In this document: positions 49,113 to 58,362 of the stretch, in pieces | How positions within the stretch are numbered: position 1 is the stretch's first letter | Layout of the letters: each line of letters starts with the position of its first letter | DNA from: Myxococcota bacterium | GTDB taxonomy: Bacteria; Myxococcota_A; UBA796; UBA2385 | Direction of reading: 5' to 3' | Length of the DNA stretch: 64,000 bases | NCBI GenBank assembly: GCA_044344255.1 | Contig: JBIJDH010000007.1 | Span: 64,001 to 128,000 of the forward strand | Made by a program: the position numbers and the translations under genes | The notes under the pieces: model-generated | Told to the model about the DNA's origin: nothing | The model's input: the letters and a program-made list of their open reading frames with translations, nothing else | Database searches by the model: none

Positions 49113-49463
49113 GTGGCGCGAAAGTCCACCCCTGAGGCGCCGCTCACCGTCATCGGCGCCAACACCTTCCAGGAGGGAGACCTCTCCTGGGAGGGGCGGG
49201 TGCGCATCGACGGCCACTACAAGGGGCGCCTCTACTCCGAGGAGCAGCTTGAGGTGGGCGTAGACGGCTTCGTCGAGGGGGACGCCGACGTCGCCCGCGC
49301 CACCGTCGCCGGCCGCATGTCAGGCCGGATCCGCGTGCGCGAGAAGCTCATCCTGCTGCGCACCGCGCGCATCGAGGGGAAGCTCGACGTCGGGCTCCTC
49401 GAGATCGCGCCCGGCGCCCGCGTCCAGGCCGACGTCTCCATCCGGGGCTCGGAGATCCCATGA
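49113..49463 (+). CDS. Bactofilin (polymer-forming cytoskeletal protein)
   Basis: TVIG...F.EGDL...G.VRIDG...G beta-helix pattern; lies directly after parB. Confidence 0.88.
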   Translation: MARKSTPEAPLTVIGANTFQEGDLSWEGRVRIDGHYKGRLYSEEQLEVGVDGFVEGDADVARATVAGRMSGRIRVREKLILLRTARIEGKLDVGLLEIAPGARVQADVSIRGSEIP

Positions 49464-49496
49464 CCATCCTCCGAGGGCCGCAGCGCCCGTGAGCGT

Positions 49497-50084
49497 GTGT
49501 CGATGATCCTCCTCATCGCCGGTGGCACCGCGAGCGGGAAGTCCACGCTCGCGCGGGCCCTCGCCGAGCGCACGGGCGCGCTCCTCATCGAGCACGACCG
49601 CTACTACAAGAGCGTGTCGGTCGAGGACGCCCCCGGCCACAACTTCGACGAGCCCGCCGCCCTCGAGACCGAGCTGCTGATCGAGCACCTCGACGCCCTC
49701 TCCCGCGGCGAGCGTGTGTCCTTGCCGATCTACGACTTCGCGCATCATCGACGGAGCGAACAGACCACGAGCGTCGGCCCCCGGCCGGTGATCCTCGTGG
49801 AGGGCATCCTCGCCCTCGCCGAGCCTGCGCTGCGGGATCGTGCCACGGTGCGGGTCTTCGTGTCGGCGGAGGCCGACGTGCGCCTCGCCCGGCGCGTCCG
49901 CCGCGACGTCCTCGAGCGGGGCCGCGACATCGAGGAGGTCTTGCTGCGGTACTTCAACACGGTGCGGCCGATGCACGCGCAGTGGATCGAGCCCACCCGG
50001 GCCTTCGCAGACCTCGTGCTCGACGGCGAGAAGCCTGTGGTCGAGCTCCTCTCCATCTTGTTGCCCATCGTGGGCGGGGCCTGA
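49497..50084 (+). CDS. udk: Uridine kinase
   Basis: AGGTASGKST, DRYY, NFDEP.A, YDF..H.R, VEGIL, RRDV.ERGR and VRPMH..WIEPT. Confidence 0.93.
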   Translation: MSMILLIAGGTASGKSTLARALAERTGALLIEHDRYYKSVSVEDAPGHNFDEPAALETELLIEHLDALSRGERVSLPIYDFAHHRRSEQTTSVGPRPVILVEGILALAEPALRDRATVRVFVSAEADVRLARRVRRDVLERGRDIEEVLLRYFNTVRPMHAQWIEPTRAFADLVLDGEKPVVELLSILLPIVGGA

Positions 50085-50106
50085 GGGCCGCCGAGGAGCG
50101 AGCGCG

Positions 50107-50814
50107 ATGTCGGTCCTGTCCTGTGAGCGCTGTGGGAAGGCCTATGGGGCGGCCGACGTGAACGTCCAGCTCGGCCTCGCGACCTGCCGCGGCTGCGACA
50201 CGGTCTACCAGCTCAGCCCCCCCGCGGTGGCGCCGCGGCCGCAGCGGGAGCGTGGGCGGCTGGGCATCCCGGAGGGCTGGAGCGAGGGCACGGACGGCCA
50301 GGGCCTGCTCCTGCGCCGGCGCTGGCGGGGCCCCACCGCCTACTTCCTGCTCCTGTTCTGTCTCTTCTGGGATGGCATCGTCGGCGTCTTCTGGCTGGGC
50401 GCGCTCGGCGGAGCCCTCGAGCAGAGCGGGGAGGTGAGCGAGGCGCCGCCCATCTTCTTCCTGCTCCCGCACACCCTCGTGGGGCTCGGCCTCACCTACG
50501 TCATGCTGGCGAGCCTCTTGAACACGACCGAGCTCCGGGTCGGCGGGGGGCGGCTCACCGTCCGCCACGGCCCTGTGCCCTGGTGGGGCTCCCGCGACGT
50601 CCCTACGGCGGGCCTGCGCCAGCTCTTCGTGAGTGAGTCCTCGGTCCGCGTGAACCGCCGTCCGACCTACAACCTCTGCTATCTGGACGACGGCTCCGTG
50701 GCCCGCACGCTGGTGAGCTCCCTCCAGACGGTCGCCGAGCTCCGCTGGGCAGAGCAGCGCATCGAAGAGCGGCTCGAGATCAAGGACGAGGCCGTCGCCG
50801 ACGAGGTCGGCTGA
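50107..50814 (+). CDS. Hypothetical membrane protein with an N-terminal zinc ribbon
   Basis: CERC...CRGC; two TM helices; PH-like C-terminus. Confidence 0.7.
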   Translation: MSVLSCERCGKAYGAADVNVQLGLATCRGCDTVYQLSPPAVAPRPQRERGRLGIPEGWSEGTDGQGLLLRRRWRGPTAYFLLLFCLFWDGIVGVFWLGALGGALEQSGEVSEAPPIFFLLPHTLVGLGLTYVMLASLLNTTELRVGGGRLTVRHGPVPWWGSRDVPTAGLRQLFVSESSVRVNRRPTYNLCYLDDGSVARTLVSSLQTVAELRWAEQRIEERLEIKDEAVADEVG

Positions 50815-50828
50815 GCGTCGCCGGCCCC

Positions 50829-51305
50829 TCAGCGTCGCGCCCGCCCGTCGCCGCCCCGGAGCGTGGTGACGAGGTTGTCGATGTAGGCGCCGATGAGGCG
50901 GGTGTTCTCGTGGGCCACCACCGCCTCTACCGCGGCGCGGGTGAGGCGCGGGAAGGGGGTGTCGATCTCGAAGCGGGCCACCATTCGGATCCGGGTGCCG
51001 CCCGGCTCGGGCTCGAGGCGCCACTCGCCGTCTACCGCGGTGTTGCCGAAGCCCGGCACCCGCGCCCAGGCGACGCGCAGGGCCGTTGGGGCAATGAGGT
51101 AACGGCTGGCGTACGCGACCTGGAAGCGCAGCGGCCCGGCCCCGAGCTCGCGGAGGCGCCACTGCCAGACCTCGCCCACCGGCCGCACCGACTCGACGTC
51201 GGGGAAGTGCTGGACCGAGCGGGGGACGTCGGCGAGGAGGGCGAAGGCGGCGGCCCGATCCACGGGCGCGAGGCGGTGCTGGTCTACGGTGGCGGTGATC
51301 AACAT
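50829..51305 (-). CDS. SRPBCC/CoxG-like protein
   Basis: AFALLADVP....HFP.V and GN..V.GEW.L START-like pattern. Confidence 0.7.
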   Translation of the reverse strand: MLITATVDQHRLAPVDRAAAFALLADVPRSVQHFPDVESVRPVGEVWQWRLRELGAGPLRFQVAYASRYLIAPTALRVAWARVPGFGNTAVDGEWRLEPEPGGTRIRMVARFEIDTPFPRLTRAAVEAVVAHENTRLIGAYIDNLVTTLRGGDGRARR

Positions 51306-51329
51306 CCGCCAAGCCTACTCCGCGCTAAG

Positions 51330-52619
51330 ATGGCCGACACCGGGAGCCCGATGTCCGTCACCCAGCCCGCGCCCGAGCGCCACCGCACCCTCGGGCGCGG
51401 CCTGCTGCCGCTCCTGCTCGTGGTCGGCCCGGCCTGTGACGGCGGCGCCGCGAAGGAGCCCGGGTCTGTTCAGTCGACCGTCGACGAGCTCGTCCAGGTC
51501 GTGCCGGGCAGCGGGCTGCCCGCGGAGCTCGTGACGCAGGACGCCAACAACAACCTCGACGTCATCGAGCACGGCGGGGCCTACTTCCTCGTCTTCCGCA
51601 CCGCGCCCTCGCACTTCGCGAGCCCGCTCACCGAGCTGCACCTGCTCCGCTCGGCAGACCAGGTCACTTGGACGGAGGAGCTCTCCGTTCACCTCGGCAC
51701 CGACCTCCGAGAGCCCCGCCTGCTCTCCTTCGAGGGCCAGCTCATCCTCTACTTCGCCGAGCTCGGTGACGACCCGCTCGCCTTCGAGCCCGCAGGCACC
51801 TGGGTGAGCGTGCGCGGCGCGGATGGGGTGTGGAGCAGCCCCGCGCGGTCGAGCTTCGAGCCCGACTTCATCCCCTGGCGCATCCACACCCACGACGGGG
51901 TGCCCGAGCTCACCGGCTACACCGGCGGCGACGACATCTACGAGCCCGCCCCCGACTCGGGGGGAGAGCCCATCGCGCCGCACATCTCGGTCTACTACCT
52001 CCGGTCGACCGATGGCCTCTCCTGGACGGCGGTCGACCCCGATCACCCCGTGGTCGAGGTGGGCGGCGGCTCGGAGACCGACCTCGCCCACCTCGATGAC
52101 GGCTCGATCGTCGCCGTGACCCGGAACGAGCCCGGCGACGAGCTCGGCTGGGGGAGCCGCATCTGCACCGCCCCCGCCGACGCGCTGGGCGAGTGGGACT
52201 GTGTGGGGGACCCGAAGAAGTACGACTCGCCCCTGGTCTTTCGTACCAATAACCATGTGTACCTGATCGGTCGTCGAAACGTCACGGAGACGGGGAATTA
52301 CGACCTCGGATACCGTGACCTCTCCGCCCAGGAGCAGACGATCCAGTACCAGGCCGCCTACTGGGGCACGCCGAAACGCTGCGCCCTCTGGGAGGTCCAA
52401 CCCGAGGCGCGGCGCGTCGACTTCATCCTCGACCTGCCGAGCAAGGGCGACACCTGCTTCGCCTCGATCCTGGACGAGGGGCTGGTCGAGGGGGGCCGCG
52501 GGCACCAGTATCGTGTGTACAACTACAGCTCGCCGGTGGACGGGCCGGACGTCTCCTGGGTCGAGGGGCAGACCGGACAGACCTTCATCTACAGCCAGCG
52601 CCTCGTCGTACCGGAGTAG
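51330..52619 (+). CDS. Hypothetical lipoprotein, probable beta-propeller (sialidase/glycoside hydrolase-like)
   Basis: GPAC lipobox-like sequence; Asp-box-like RSADQVTW and RSTDGLSW; DLREPRL; start may be 51351. Confidence 0.65.
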   Translation: MADTGSPMSVTQPAPERHRTLGRGLLPLLLVVGPACDGGAAKEPGSVQSTVDELVQVVPGSGLPAELVTQDANNNLDVIEHGGAYFLVFRTAPSHFASPLTELHLLRSADQVTWTEELSVHLGTDLREPRLLSFEGQLILYFAELGDDPLAFEPAGTWVSVRGADGVWSSPARSSFEPDFIPWRIHTHDGVPELTGYTGGDDIYEPAPDSGGEPIAPHISVYYLRSTDGLSWTAVDPDHPVVEVGGGSETDLAHLDDGSIVAVTRNEPGDELGWGSRICTAPADALGEWDCVGDPKKYDSPLVFRTNNHVYLIGRRNVTETGNYDLGYRDLSAQEQTIQYQAAYWGTPKRCALWEVQPEARRVDFILDLPSKGDTCFASILDEGLVEGGRGHQYRVYNYSSPVDGPDVSWVEGQTGQTFIYSQRLVVPE

Positions 52620-52625
52620 CCGAGC

Positions 52626-53351
52626 TTGAACCTGCTCCTGCTCCTCGCCGAAGAGGTCGATTCTGCCGGGCGATGCCGCCTCACCGGGCGCCGGCGCGCG
52701 CACGCCGAGGAGGTCCTCGGGGTCGCGGCGGGAGACCGGCTGCGGGTGGGCGTCGTGGGCGGGGCGGTGGGCGAAGGGCGGGTGATCTCCCTCGATTCGG
52801 AGGCGCTCACGCTGGAGGTCTCCCTCGACGCAGCGCCGCCGCCTCGCCCCGGCATCGACCTGCTGCTCGCCCTGCCGCGCCCCAAGGCCGTGAAGCGCAT
52901 CCTCCCCGTGCTCAGCCAGCTCGGTGTCGATCGGGTGGTGCTCTGCAATGCGGCCCGCGTGGAGAAGAGCTACTTCTCGAGCCCGACGCTCACCGCCGAG
53001 GTGGTGCGCCAGACCTTGCTGGAGGGCCTCGAGCAGGCCCGCGACACCGTGCTGCCGGAGGTCCTCATCCGGGAGCGCTTCCGGCCCTTCGTCGAGGATG
53101 AGCTCGACGCGCTCTTCTCGGGCCCCGGGCGCCGCCTGCTCCTCCACCCCGCGGCGCCACGGCCGCTGCCCGCCCGGCCGGCGCCGGGGCGGACGCTGCT
53201 CGCCGTGGGGCCGGAGGGGGGCTGGGTGCCCTTCGAGGTCGAGCTGCTCGAGCGCCTCGGCTTCGAGGCGGCCTCGCTCGGCCCGCGGATCCTGCGCACC
53301 GAGACGCTCATCCCCTACCTGCTCGGCGCTTGCCGGGGGGAGCCCGCGTGA
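52626..53351 (+). CDS. rsmE: 16S rRNA m3U1498 methyltransferase
   Basis: LPRPK, EQARDT.LP, VGPEGGW...E and LGPRILRTET. Confidence 0.92.
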   Translation: MNLLLLLAEEVDSAGRCRLTGRRRAHAEEVLGVAAGDRLRVGVVGGAVGEGRVISLDSEALTLEVSLDAAPPPRPGIDLLLALPRPKAVKRILPVLSQLGVDRVVLCNAARVEKSYFSSPTLTAEVVRQTLLEGLEQARDTVLPEVLIRERFRPFVEDELDALFSGPGRRLLLHPAAPRPLPARPAPGRTLLAVGPEGGWVPFEVELLERLGFEAASLGPRILRTETLIPYLLGACRGEPA

Positions 53352-53839
53352 CGGACCTTGAGCTCGAGTCTGCGCTGCGGCGGGTCACCCGTCGGTCGAT
53401 CGCCGGCATCCTCGTCGTCGGCGCCGGCACCTTCGCGATGGGCCTCTTCGCCGCGCTCTGCGGGGCGCTGCGCCTCGATCCCGACATGCGGCACTACAGC
53501 GCCCTGATGTGGGCGGCCTACGGCGGGATGGTCTGCTTCTTCTGCGCCGTGGGCCTGCTGATGGCGGTCTCAGCGGTGTTCGTCGTGCCGCGACGGGGCC
53601 GGCAGTTCGTGGAGCGGGTGATGAAGCGCCCGGAGACGATCTCCCGCCTCTGGCTCATCCTCGCGAAGCACAAGTACAACCCAGCGGATCAGCCGGGTCA
53701 GCTCGGGACGAGCACCTCGCTCGCCGCCCAGACGGTAGACGACAAACACTTCCAGTTCATGGTGCCGGGCGATGAGGCCGAGGCCCTGCTGCAGGCCATC
53801 GCGGCGCGGGCGCCCGGCGCGAAGATCGGCCCGCCTTGA
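53348..53839 (+). CDS. Hypothetical membrane protein
   Basis: GTGA overlap with rsmE; two TM helices and a small soluble domain. Confidence 0.65.
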   Translation: MTDLELESALRRVTRRSIAGILVVGAGTFAMGLFAALCGALRLDPDMRHYSALMWAAYGGMVCFFCAVGLLMAVSAVFVVPRRGRQFVERVMKRPETISRLWLILAKHKYNPADQPGQLGTSTSLAAQTVDDKHFQFMVPGDEAEALLQAIAARAPGAKIGPP

Positions 53840-53887
53840 TCTTTGGAAGCGTGATCGTGACATGATGGAGCGCCCTTTCCTCCCTGA

Positions 53888-55042
53888 GTGCGCATGGTCG
53901 GTTTCATCACGTTGTTTCTGAGGCTCCTTCTCCACGGGGAGGCAATCGCGGGCGAACCGGTGGCCAACGCAGGTGAAATTCCTGTGCTTGCCGACCTGTT
54001 ACAGCGGACCGGGTGGTCTCCTACTCCAGAACTCACCGGCACCATCCGGGTAGGTGACATCTTCGCGACCACAGGCCAGGGAGAGCAGTGGCAGGGAGAA
54101 GGGTGTCTTTCGAGTACGCCTCGCGTTTCTCCCTACACGCAGGTGGACCTGACTTCTCAGTTGGAGTCTGGCGTTCGGGTGCGATTCGGTCTCGGACAAG
54201 GCGGAACGGAGTCAGGCATCTCGAGGAAGATGCGATTCGGCGCCCCGACCCACCATGCCCTCCCTGGGATGGCGCTCGACCTTTCTCCTCCCTGTGTCGA
54301 GACGCTGAGAAAGATGTCCGCCCGAGGAGCCGACCTTCACAGCTGGTATGTCGTGAAGGAAGTCCTGATGGCAGAAATTACGGAGCAATCCTGCGGGAGA
54401 GTAGACGCTGGTGGTAGCTTCGTGGGCTTGGGCGGAGCGGAGGTTGAGCTTGCCCAGGCGTGCAGTCAGACCACGCAAGAGCCTGTCGCCGTGGCGTGGC
54501 GAACGGTCGGGGTGGTGGAGCTCGATCCTTCCCTGGTGCCAACATCCTTGCCACGGTCGGACGGGTTAAATAGCGTGCCCGGCGCAAGCGGGTCGCGTAC
54601 CACAGGTGGGGCTGCCACCTTGTCCACTCCTGCAGAGAAGCCCAAGTCGAGCAGCCGGACTGCGACCGGTACGGCTCGGTCGGCCGAGCTCCGTACGGAC
54701 GGCTTTTATCTTTGCGAGATTCCTGTCGGCATTGTTGGGATCGTCTCCCAACCGGCCTCCATTCTCGTCTGGCCCGACGGCCGCGCCGCGCTGGGTTCCG
54801 CATTGACCGTCAACGGATTGTATCGAAATTATTCCGGTCTTCGTGCGAATCCTGACGCTGCGACCGCCCTTGAGGCGACCGGTGGTGATAGCTTCTTACT
54901 TCTTGAGCCGGGCGCTGAGGTTGTTATTCACCCCACCGAGGGCTCTATCATTCGAACCGACTGGACTTGGCGGGGCTTGAATAAGATCAATGGTCCGGGG
55001 GTGAAATCTCTCCCCTGTCCCTTCGTGGAGGATGATGATTGA
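53888..55042 (+). CDS. Hypothetical secreted two-domain protein; N-terminal domain possibly gasdermin-like
   Basis: 384-aa ORF in a visibly lower-GC segment; signal-like leader ending EAIA; motifs GWSPTP...IRVGDIF, WYVVKEVL and PVAVAWR. The CDS is well supported; the fold assignment is inference. Confidence 0.6.
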   Translation: MRMVGFITLFLRLLLHGEAIAGEPVANAGEIPVLADLLQRTGWSPTPELTGTIRVGDIFATTGQGEQWQGEGCLSSTPRVSPYTQVDLTSQLESGVRVRFGLGQGGTESGISRKMRFGAPTHHALPGMALDLSPPCVETLRKMSARGADLHSWYVVKEVLMAEITEQSCGRVDAGGSFVGLGGAEVELAQACSQTTQEPVAVAWRTVGVVELDPSLVPTSLPRSDGLNSVPGASGSRTTGGAATLSTPAEKPKSSSRTATGTARSAELRTDGFYLCEIPVGIVGIVSQPASILVWPDGRAALGSALTVNGLYRNYSGLRANPDAATALEATGGDSFLLLEPGAEVVIHPTEGSIIRTDWTWRGLNKINGPGVKSLPCPFVEDDD

Positions 55043-56187
55043 CGGCGAATGGCTGCAGAAACGGCAATATGAGTCGTGTGTGCAATCTTTGCGCATTCGG
55101 CCTCGGCGCTCTTTCCCTTTCGGGAGTCGCCCTGGCCTGGCCGCTCCAAGGGCCCGAGGGGCCGCTTCAGGGCCAGGACGTCGATGCTGCCTCGGTCTTC
55201 GTCGAGTCGACGGCCTGGCCGAAGGGGCGGGTGAGCACCGATCCGGCCGCCCTCGCCGCGGAGGCCGCGGCGGTGCTCGCTTACCTCGAGGGGGAGGGGG
55301 CGGAGGACCCGCGCGCCGCCCACGCGGGGCTGCTCGGCGAGCGGGGGGTGGACGAGCTCCGGCGCACCCTCCGCTGGATCGTCGAGATCGAGGCCGAGGA
55401 CCGGGGGCGGGCCCGTCAGCGGCTCACCGATCCGAGCTTCCTCGCCGCCTCGCTGCGGTGGTTCTCGTGGGACCCGCCCGGCGCGCCGCGGGACCTGCGC
55501 CTCACGAAGTACGGCGTCTGGGGGGTGGAGGGGCGCGCCCGACCGGAGCCCCCCTTCGACCGCGCGCTCTACGCGGTGCCCGACGACGAGGCGGGCCTCG
55601 ACGAGGCCGCGGCCGCGGCGCTCGGCCCCGCCCTCACGCGCTACCGGTACACCCGACAAGACCTCATCAGCGGCGTCTTTGAGGCCGGCGGGGCGGCGGT
55701 CGGGCAGGCTCGGCCGCTCGTCTACCTGCGCGAGGCCGACGTCCACGAGGCCAACCTCCAGGGGACGCTGTCGGTCACCGTGCCCGGGGAGCCCCCCCGC
55801 CTCTACAACGTCGCTCGGCCAAACCCCTGGCCCTACGTGCGCGGGAGAGCGCCGGCCGCGCAGGAGCGCTGCTGGTATTTTCGTCCGGTCGAGGCGGTGT
55901 TCGGTTGGGGCCACCGCCCCGAGGTGCGCATCCCGCTGACCGGCGGCGTGGCCGTCGCCGGGGACGTCTACAACCTCGGCGTGGGGCGCCTGATCGGCCT
56001 CCGCTGGGTGGGGCCCGCGGGGCCGGAGCTGCGCCTCGTCCTCCTCGCCGACACCGGCGGCGCCTTTCAGCCGAACCTCGGCCAGCTCGACTGGTACGCC
56101 GGGGTCTTCTCCTCCCGCGACGCGCTCTTTCGGGAGACGAAGGCGTTGCCGGAGCGGGCGGCGGCGGGGCTGCTCGTGCTGCGCTGA
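55039..56187 (+). CDS. mltA: MltA-family lytic murein transglycosylase
   Basis: LTKY, YTRQD, LQGT and 3D-domain ADTGGAF...LDWYAG; start is TTG 55039 or ATG 55069. Confidence 0.75.
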   Translation: MTANGCRNGNMSRVCNLCAFGLGALSLSGVALAWPLQGPEGPLQGQDVDAASVFVESTAWPKGRVSTDPAALAAEAAAVLAYLEGEGAEDPRAAHAGLLGERGVDELRRTLRWIVEIEAEDRGRARQRLTDPSFLAASLRWFSWDPPGAPRDLRLTKYGVWGVEGRARPEPPFDRALYAVPDDEAGLDEAAAAALGPALTRYRYTRQDLISGVFEAGGAAVGQARPLVYLREADVHEANLQGTLSVTVPGEPPRLYNVARPNPWPYVRGRAPAAQERCWYFRPVEAVFGWGHRPEVRIPLTGGVAVAGDVYNLGVGRLIGLRWVGPAGPELRLVLLADTGGAFQPNLGQLDWYAGVFSSRDALFRETKALPERAAAGLLVLR

Positions 56188-56209
56188 GGGCCGCCTCCCG
56201 CTCCTCGTC

Positions 56210-58111
56210 TCAGCCAGCGCCGGGCCGGACCAGCAGGACGGAGGGGAGGCCGTTGAGCGCGGGGTGTGCGCCCGCGCCGAGGGTGGCGATCACGAGGGTG
56301 TGGGCGGCCGCCGCTTCGCTGAGCCCCTCGGCGGAGTCGCTGCGCCGCACGTCGCCAGCGGCGAGGAAGCGCTCGATCAGGGCCTGGACGGAGGGGTGGG
56401 TCGGGCCCGGCGGCACGACGATGCGCTCGATCGCCACCAGCCCGTGGTTGACGAAGACCGCGACGTCGCCGCTGGCGGCGTTGAGGACCTGCCGGACGAC
56501 GCCCCCGAGCGGATCTCCGCTCACCACGGGGCGGTGGACGCCGATGACGATGAGCTCGGCCCCCTTGGCGGTGGCCACCTCGCAGATGTCGGGGGCCGGG
56601 TTGGCGGAGACGAAGGAGAGGGTGCGGAGCGGCACCTTGGCGGCGGCGGCGGCGGCGGCGATGACGTCGAGGGGCTCTTTCTCGTCGCGCGGCGGCTCAG
56701 CTTGGAGGTAGACGCTCGGCCGGTCGGGGCGGAGCAGGTGGAGGGCCAGGAGCTCCTGGCCGGGGTGCAGCAGGCGTCGACCGATGGTGATCATCGCGGC
56801 GGCGATGGCCGGATCGGAGAGGCAGAGCAGGGCCGCGGGCCGGGGCACGAGGTCGGTCGGGTGCTCGACGAAGAGCTCCTTCTCCATCTCTTTGCGGGGG
56901 AAGATCCGCTCGAGCAGCGGGCTCGTGATCCAGGTGGTGACGAGGGCCATGATGACCATCATCGTGAAGAGGGCGGGTGAGAGCACGCCGAGGTCGAGGC
57001 CGACGTTGAGGACGATGAGCTCCATCAGGCCGCGGGTGTTCATCAGCACCCCCACCGCCGCCGACTCCCGCCAGGACAGGCCGACCATCTTGGCGACGAT
57101 CGCGCTCCCGCCGAACTTGCCGACGCAGGCCACGGCGATGATGGCGCCGCAGGCGGCCCAGGAGGCGAGGTCGTCGAGCTCGCCCACGGTCGTGCGGAGG
57201 CCGCTGTAGGCGAAGAACATCGGCAGGAGGACGATGGTGACGAAGTCCTCCACCTTCTCGACGATGGCCCGCGTGAAGCCGCTGCCGCGCGGCATGACGG
57301 AGCCGATGAGGAAGCTGCCGAAGAGGGCGTGAATGCCGATCAGATCGGTGAGGGCCGCCGAGGCCATCAGCGCGATGAAGGCGATGGCGACGACGGTGCC
57401 GGAGGCGCCCGCACCGGCCAGGGGGCCGAGGCGCCGCAGCAAGGGGCGCCCGACGAACCACACAAAGGCGATGTAGGCGGAGGCCAAGGCGGTGGTGCGC
57501 ACCGCGGAGCCGATGCCCTCCGCCCGCGCCACCGACACGACAAAAGCGAGGATGCACCAGGCTACCACGTCATTGACGGCGGCGCAGGCGAGCGAGATGG
57601 CCCCCATGCGTGACTTCATCAAGCCGCGCTCGGCGAGGATCCGCGCCAGCACGGGAAATGCGGTGATGCTCATCGCCGTGCCCATGAAGAGGGCGAAGGA
57701 GACGAAGGGCACCCCGGCCGGAGCGAGGCTGCCGTGCAGGGGCCAGGCGAGCCCGACGCCGAGCGCGAAGGGGGTGACGATGCCGGCGAGGCTGATCGCG
57801 ATCGTCGACGATCCCCGCCCCTCCATGAGCTTGGGGTCAAACTCGAGGCCGACCAGGAACATGAAGAAGACGAGGCCGATCTGGCTCACCAGCGACAGCC
57901 CAGGCAGCGAGGCGGCCGGGAACAGCAGCTCGAGCCCGGCCGGCCAGAGCAGGCCGAGCAAGGAGGGCCCGAGCGCGATGCCGGCCAGGACCTCGGCGAT
58001 CACCGCGGGCTGGCCGAGCCTCCGAATCACCACAGCCAGCAGGCGGCCCACCAGGATGACCACGGTGAGCTGGATGAGCAGCAGTGCGGTGGGGGGGATG
58101 GCTTCGTGCAG
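56210..58111 (-). CDS. Cation:proton antiporter (CPA2/Kef-like) with a C-terminal USP-like domain
   Basis: GQPAVIAEVLAGIALGPS, MSITAFPVLARIL and GVLMNTRGLMELIVLNVG; start uncertain (GTG 58063 or CTG 58111). Confidence 0.9.
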   Translation of the reverse strand: MHEAIPPTALLLIQLTVVILVGRLLAVVIRRLGQPAVIAEVLAGIALGPSLLGLLWPAGLELLFPAASLPGLSLVSQIGLVFFMFLVGLEFDPKLMEGRGSSTIAISLAGIVTPFALGVGLAWPLHGSLAPAGVPFVSFALFMGTAMSITAFPVLARILAERGLMKSRMGAISLACAAVNDVVAWCILAFVVSVARAEGIGSAVRTTALASAYIAFVWFVGRPLLRRLGPLAGAGASGTVVAIAFIALMASAALTDLIGIHALFGSFLIGSVMPRGSGFTRAIVEKVEDFVTIVLLPMFFAYSGLRTTVGELDDLASWAACGAIIAVACVGKFGGSAIVAKMVGLSWRESAAVGVLMNTRGLMELIVLNVGLDLGVLSPALFTMMVIMALVTTWITSPLLERIFPRKEMEKELFVEHPTDLVPRPAALLCLSDPAIAAAMITIGRRLLHPGQELLALHLLRPDRPSVYLQAEPPRDEKEPLDVIAAAAAAAKVPLRTLSFVSANPAPDICEVATAKGAELIVIGVHRPVVSGDPLGGVVRQVLNAASGDVAVFVNHGLVAIERIVVPPGPTHPSVQALIERFLAAGDVRRSDSAEGLSEAAAAHTLVIATLGAGAHPALNGLPSVLLVRPGAG

Positions 58112-58362
58112 GTTGGCTTCCGTTACGGCGTGGATGTGTGTAGCACACCGGTCGTGTGGCGCGAAGGGCTCGGGGTCCGGTGGGGGGTTCGAGCCGCGGA
58201 GGGCCCTAGTCTCACTCTCTTCTCATCTCTTCTCAACGGCCTCGGGCGGGGCCTCGAACTCAGAGCGGGTAAGGGATCGGCGGGGTGCTGGGTGCGCTCG
58301 GGAGGCTAAAGCAGACCTCTCAGCCCGGCTACCGGCGATGTCGAAGGGGGAGGTCTCCGGAT

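Noticed and set aside
53839..55091. ATCTTTG at both ends of the lower-GC segment as a target-site duplication
   Set aside because: Only 7 bp, boundaries are imprecise, and there is no integrase or transposase; may be chance.
58150..58215. GGTTCGAG T-loop-like sequence suggesting a tRNA
   Set aside because: No acceptor, D or anticodon stems could be built around it.
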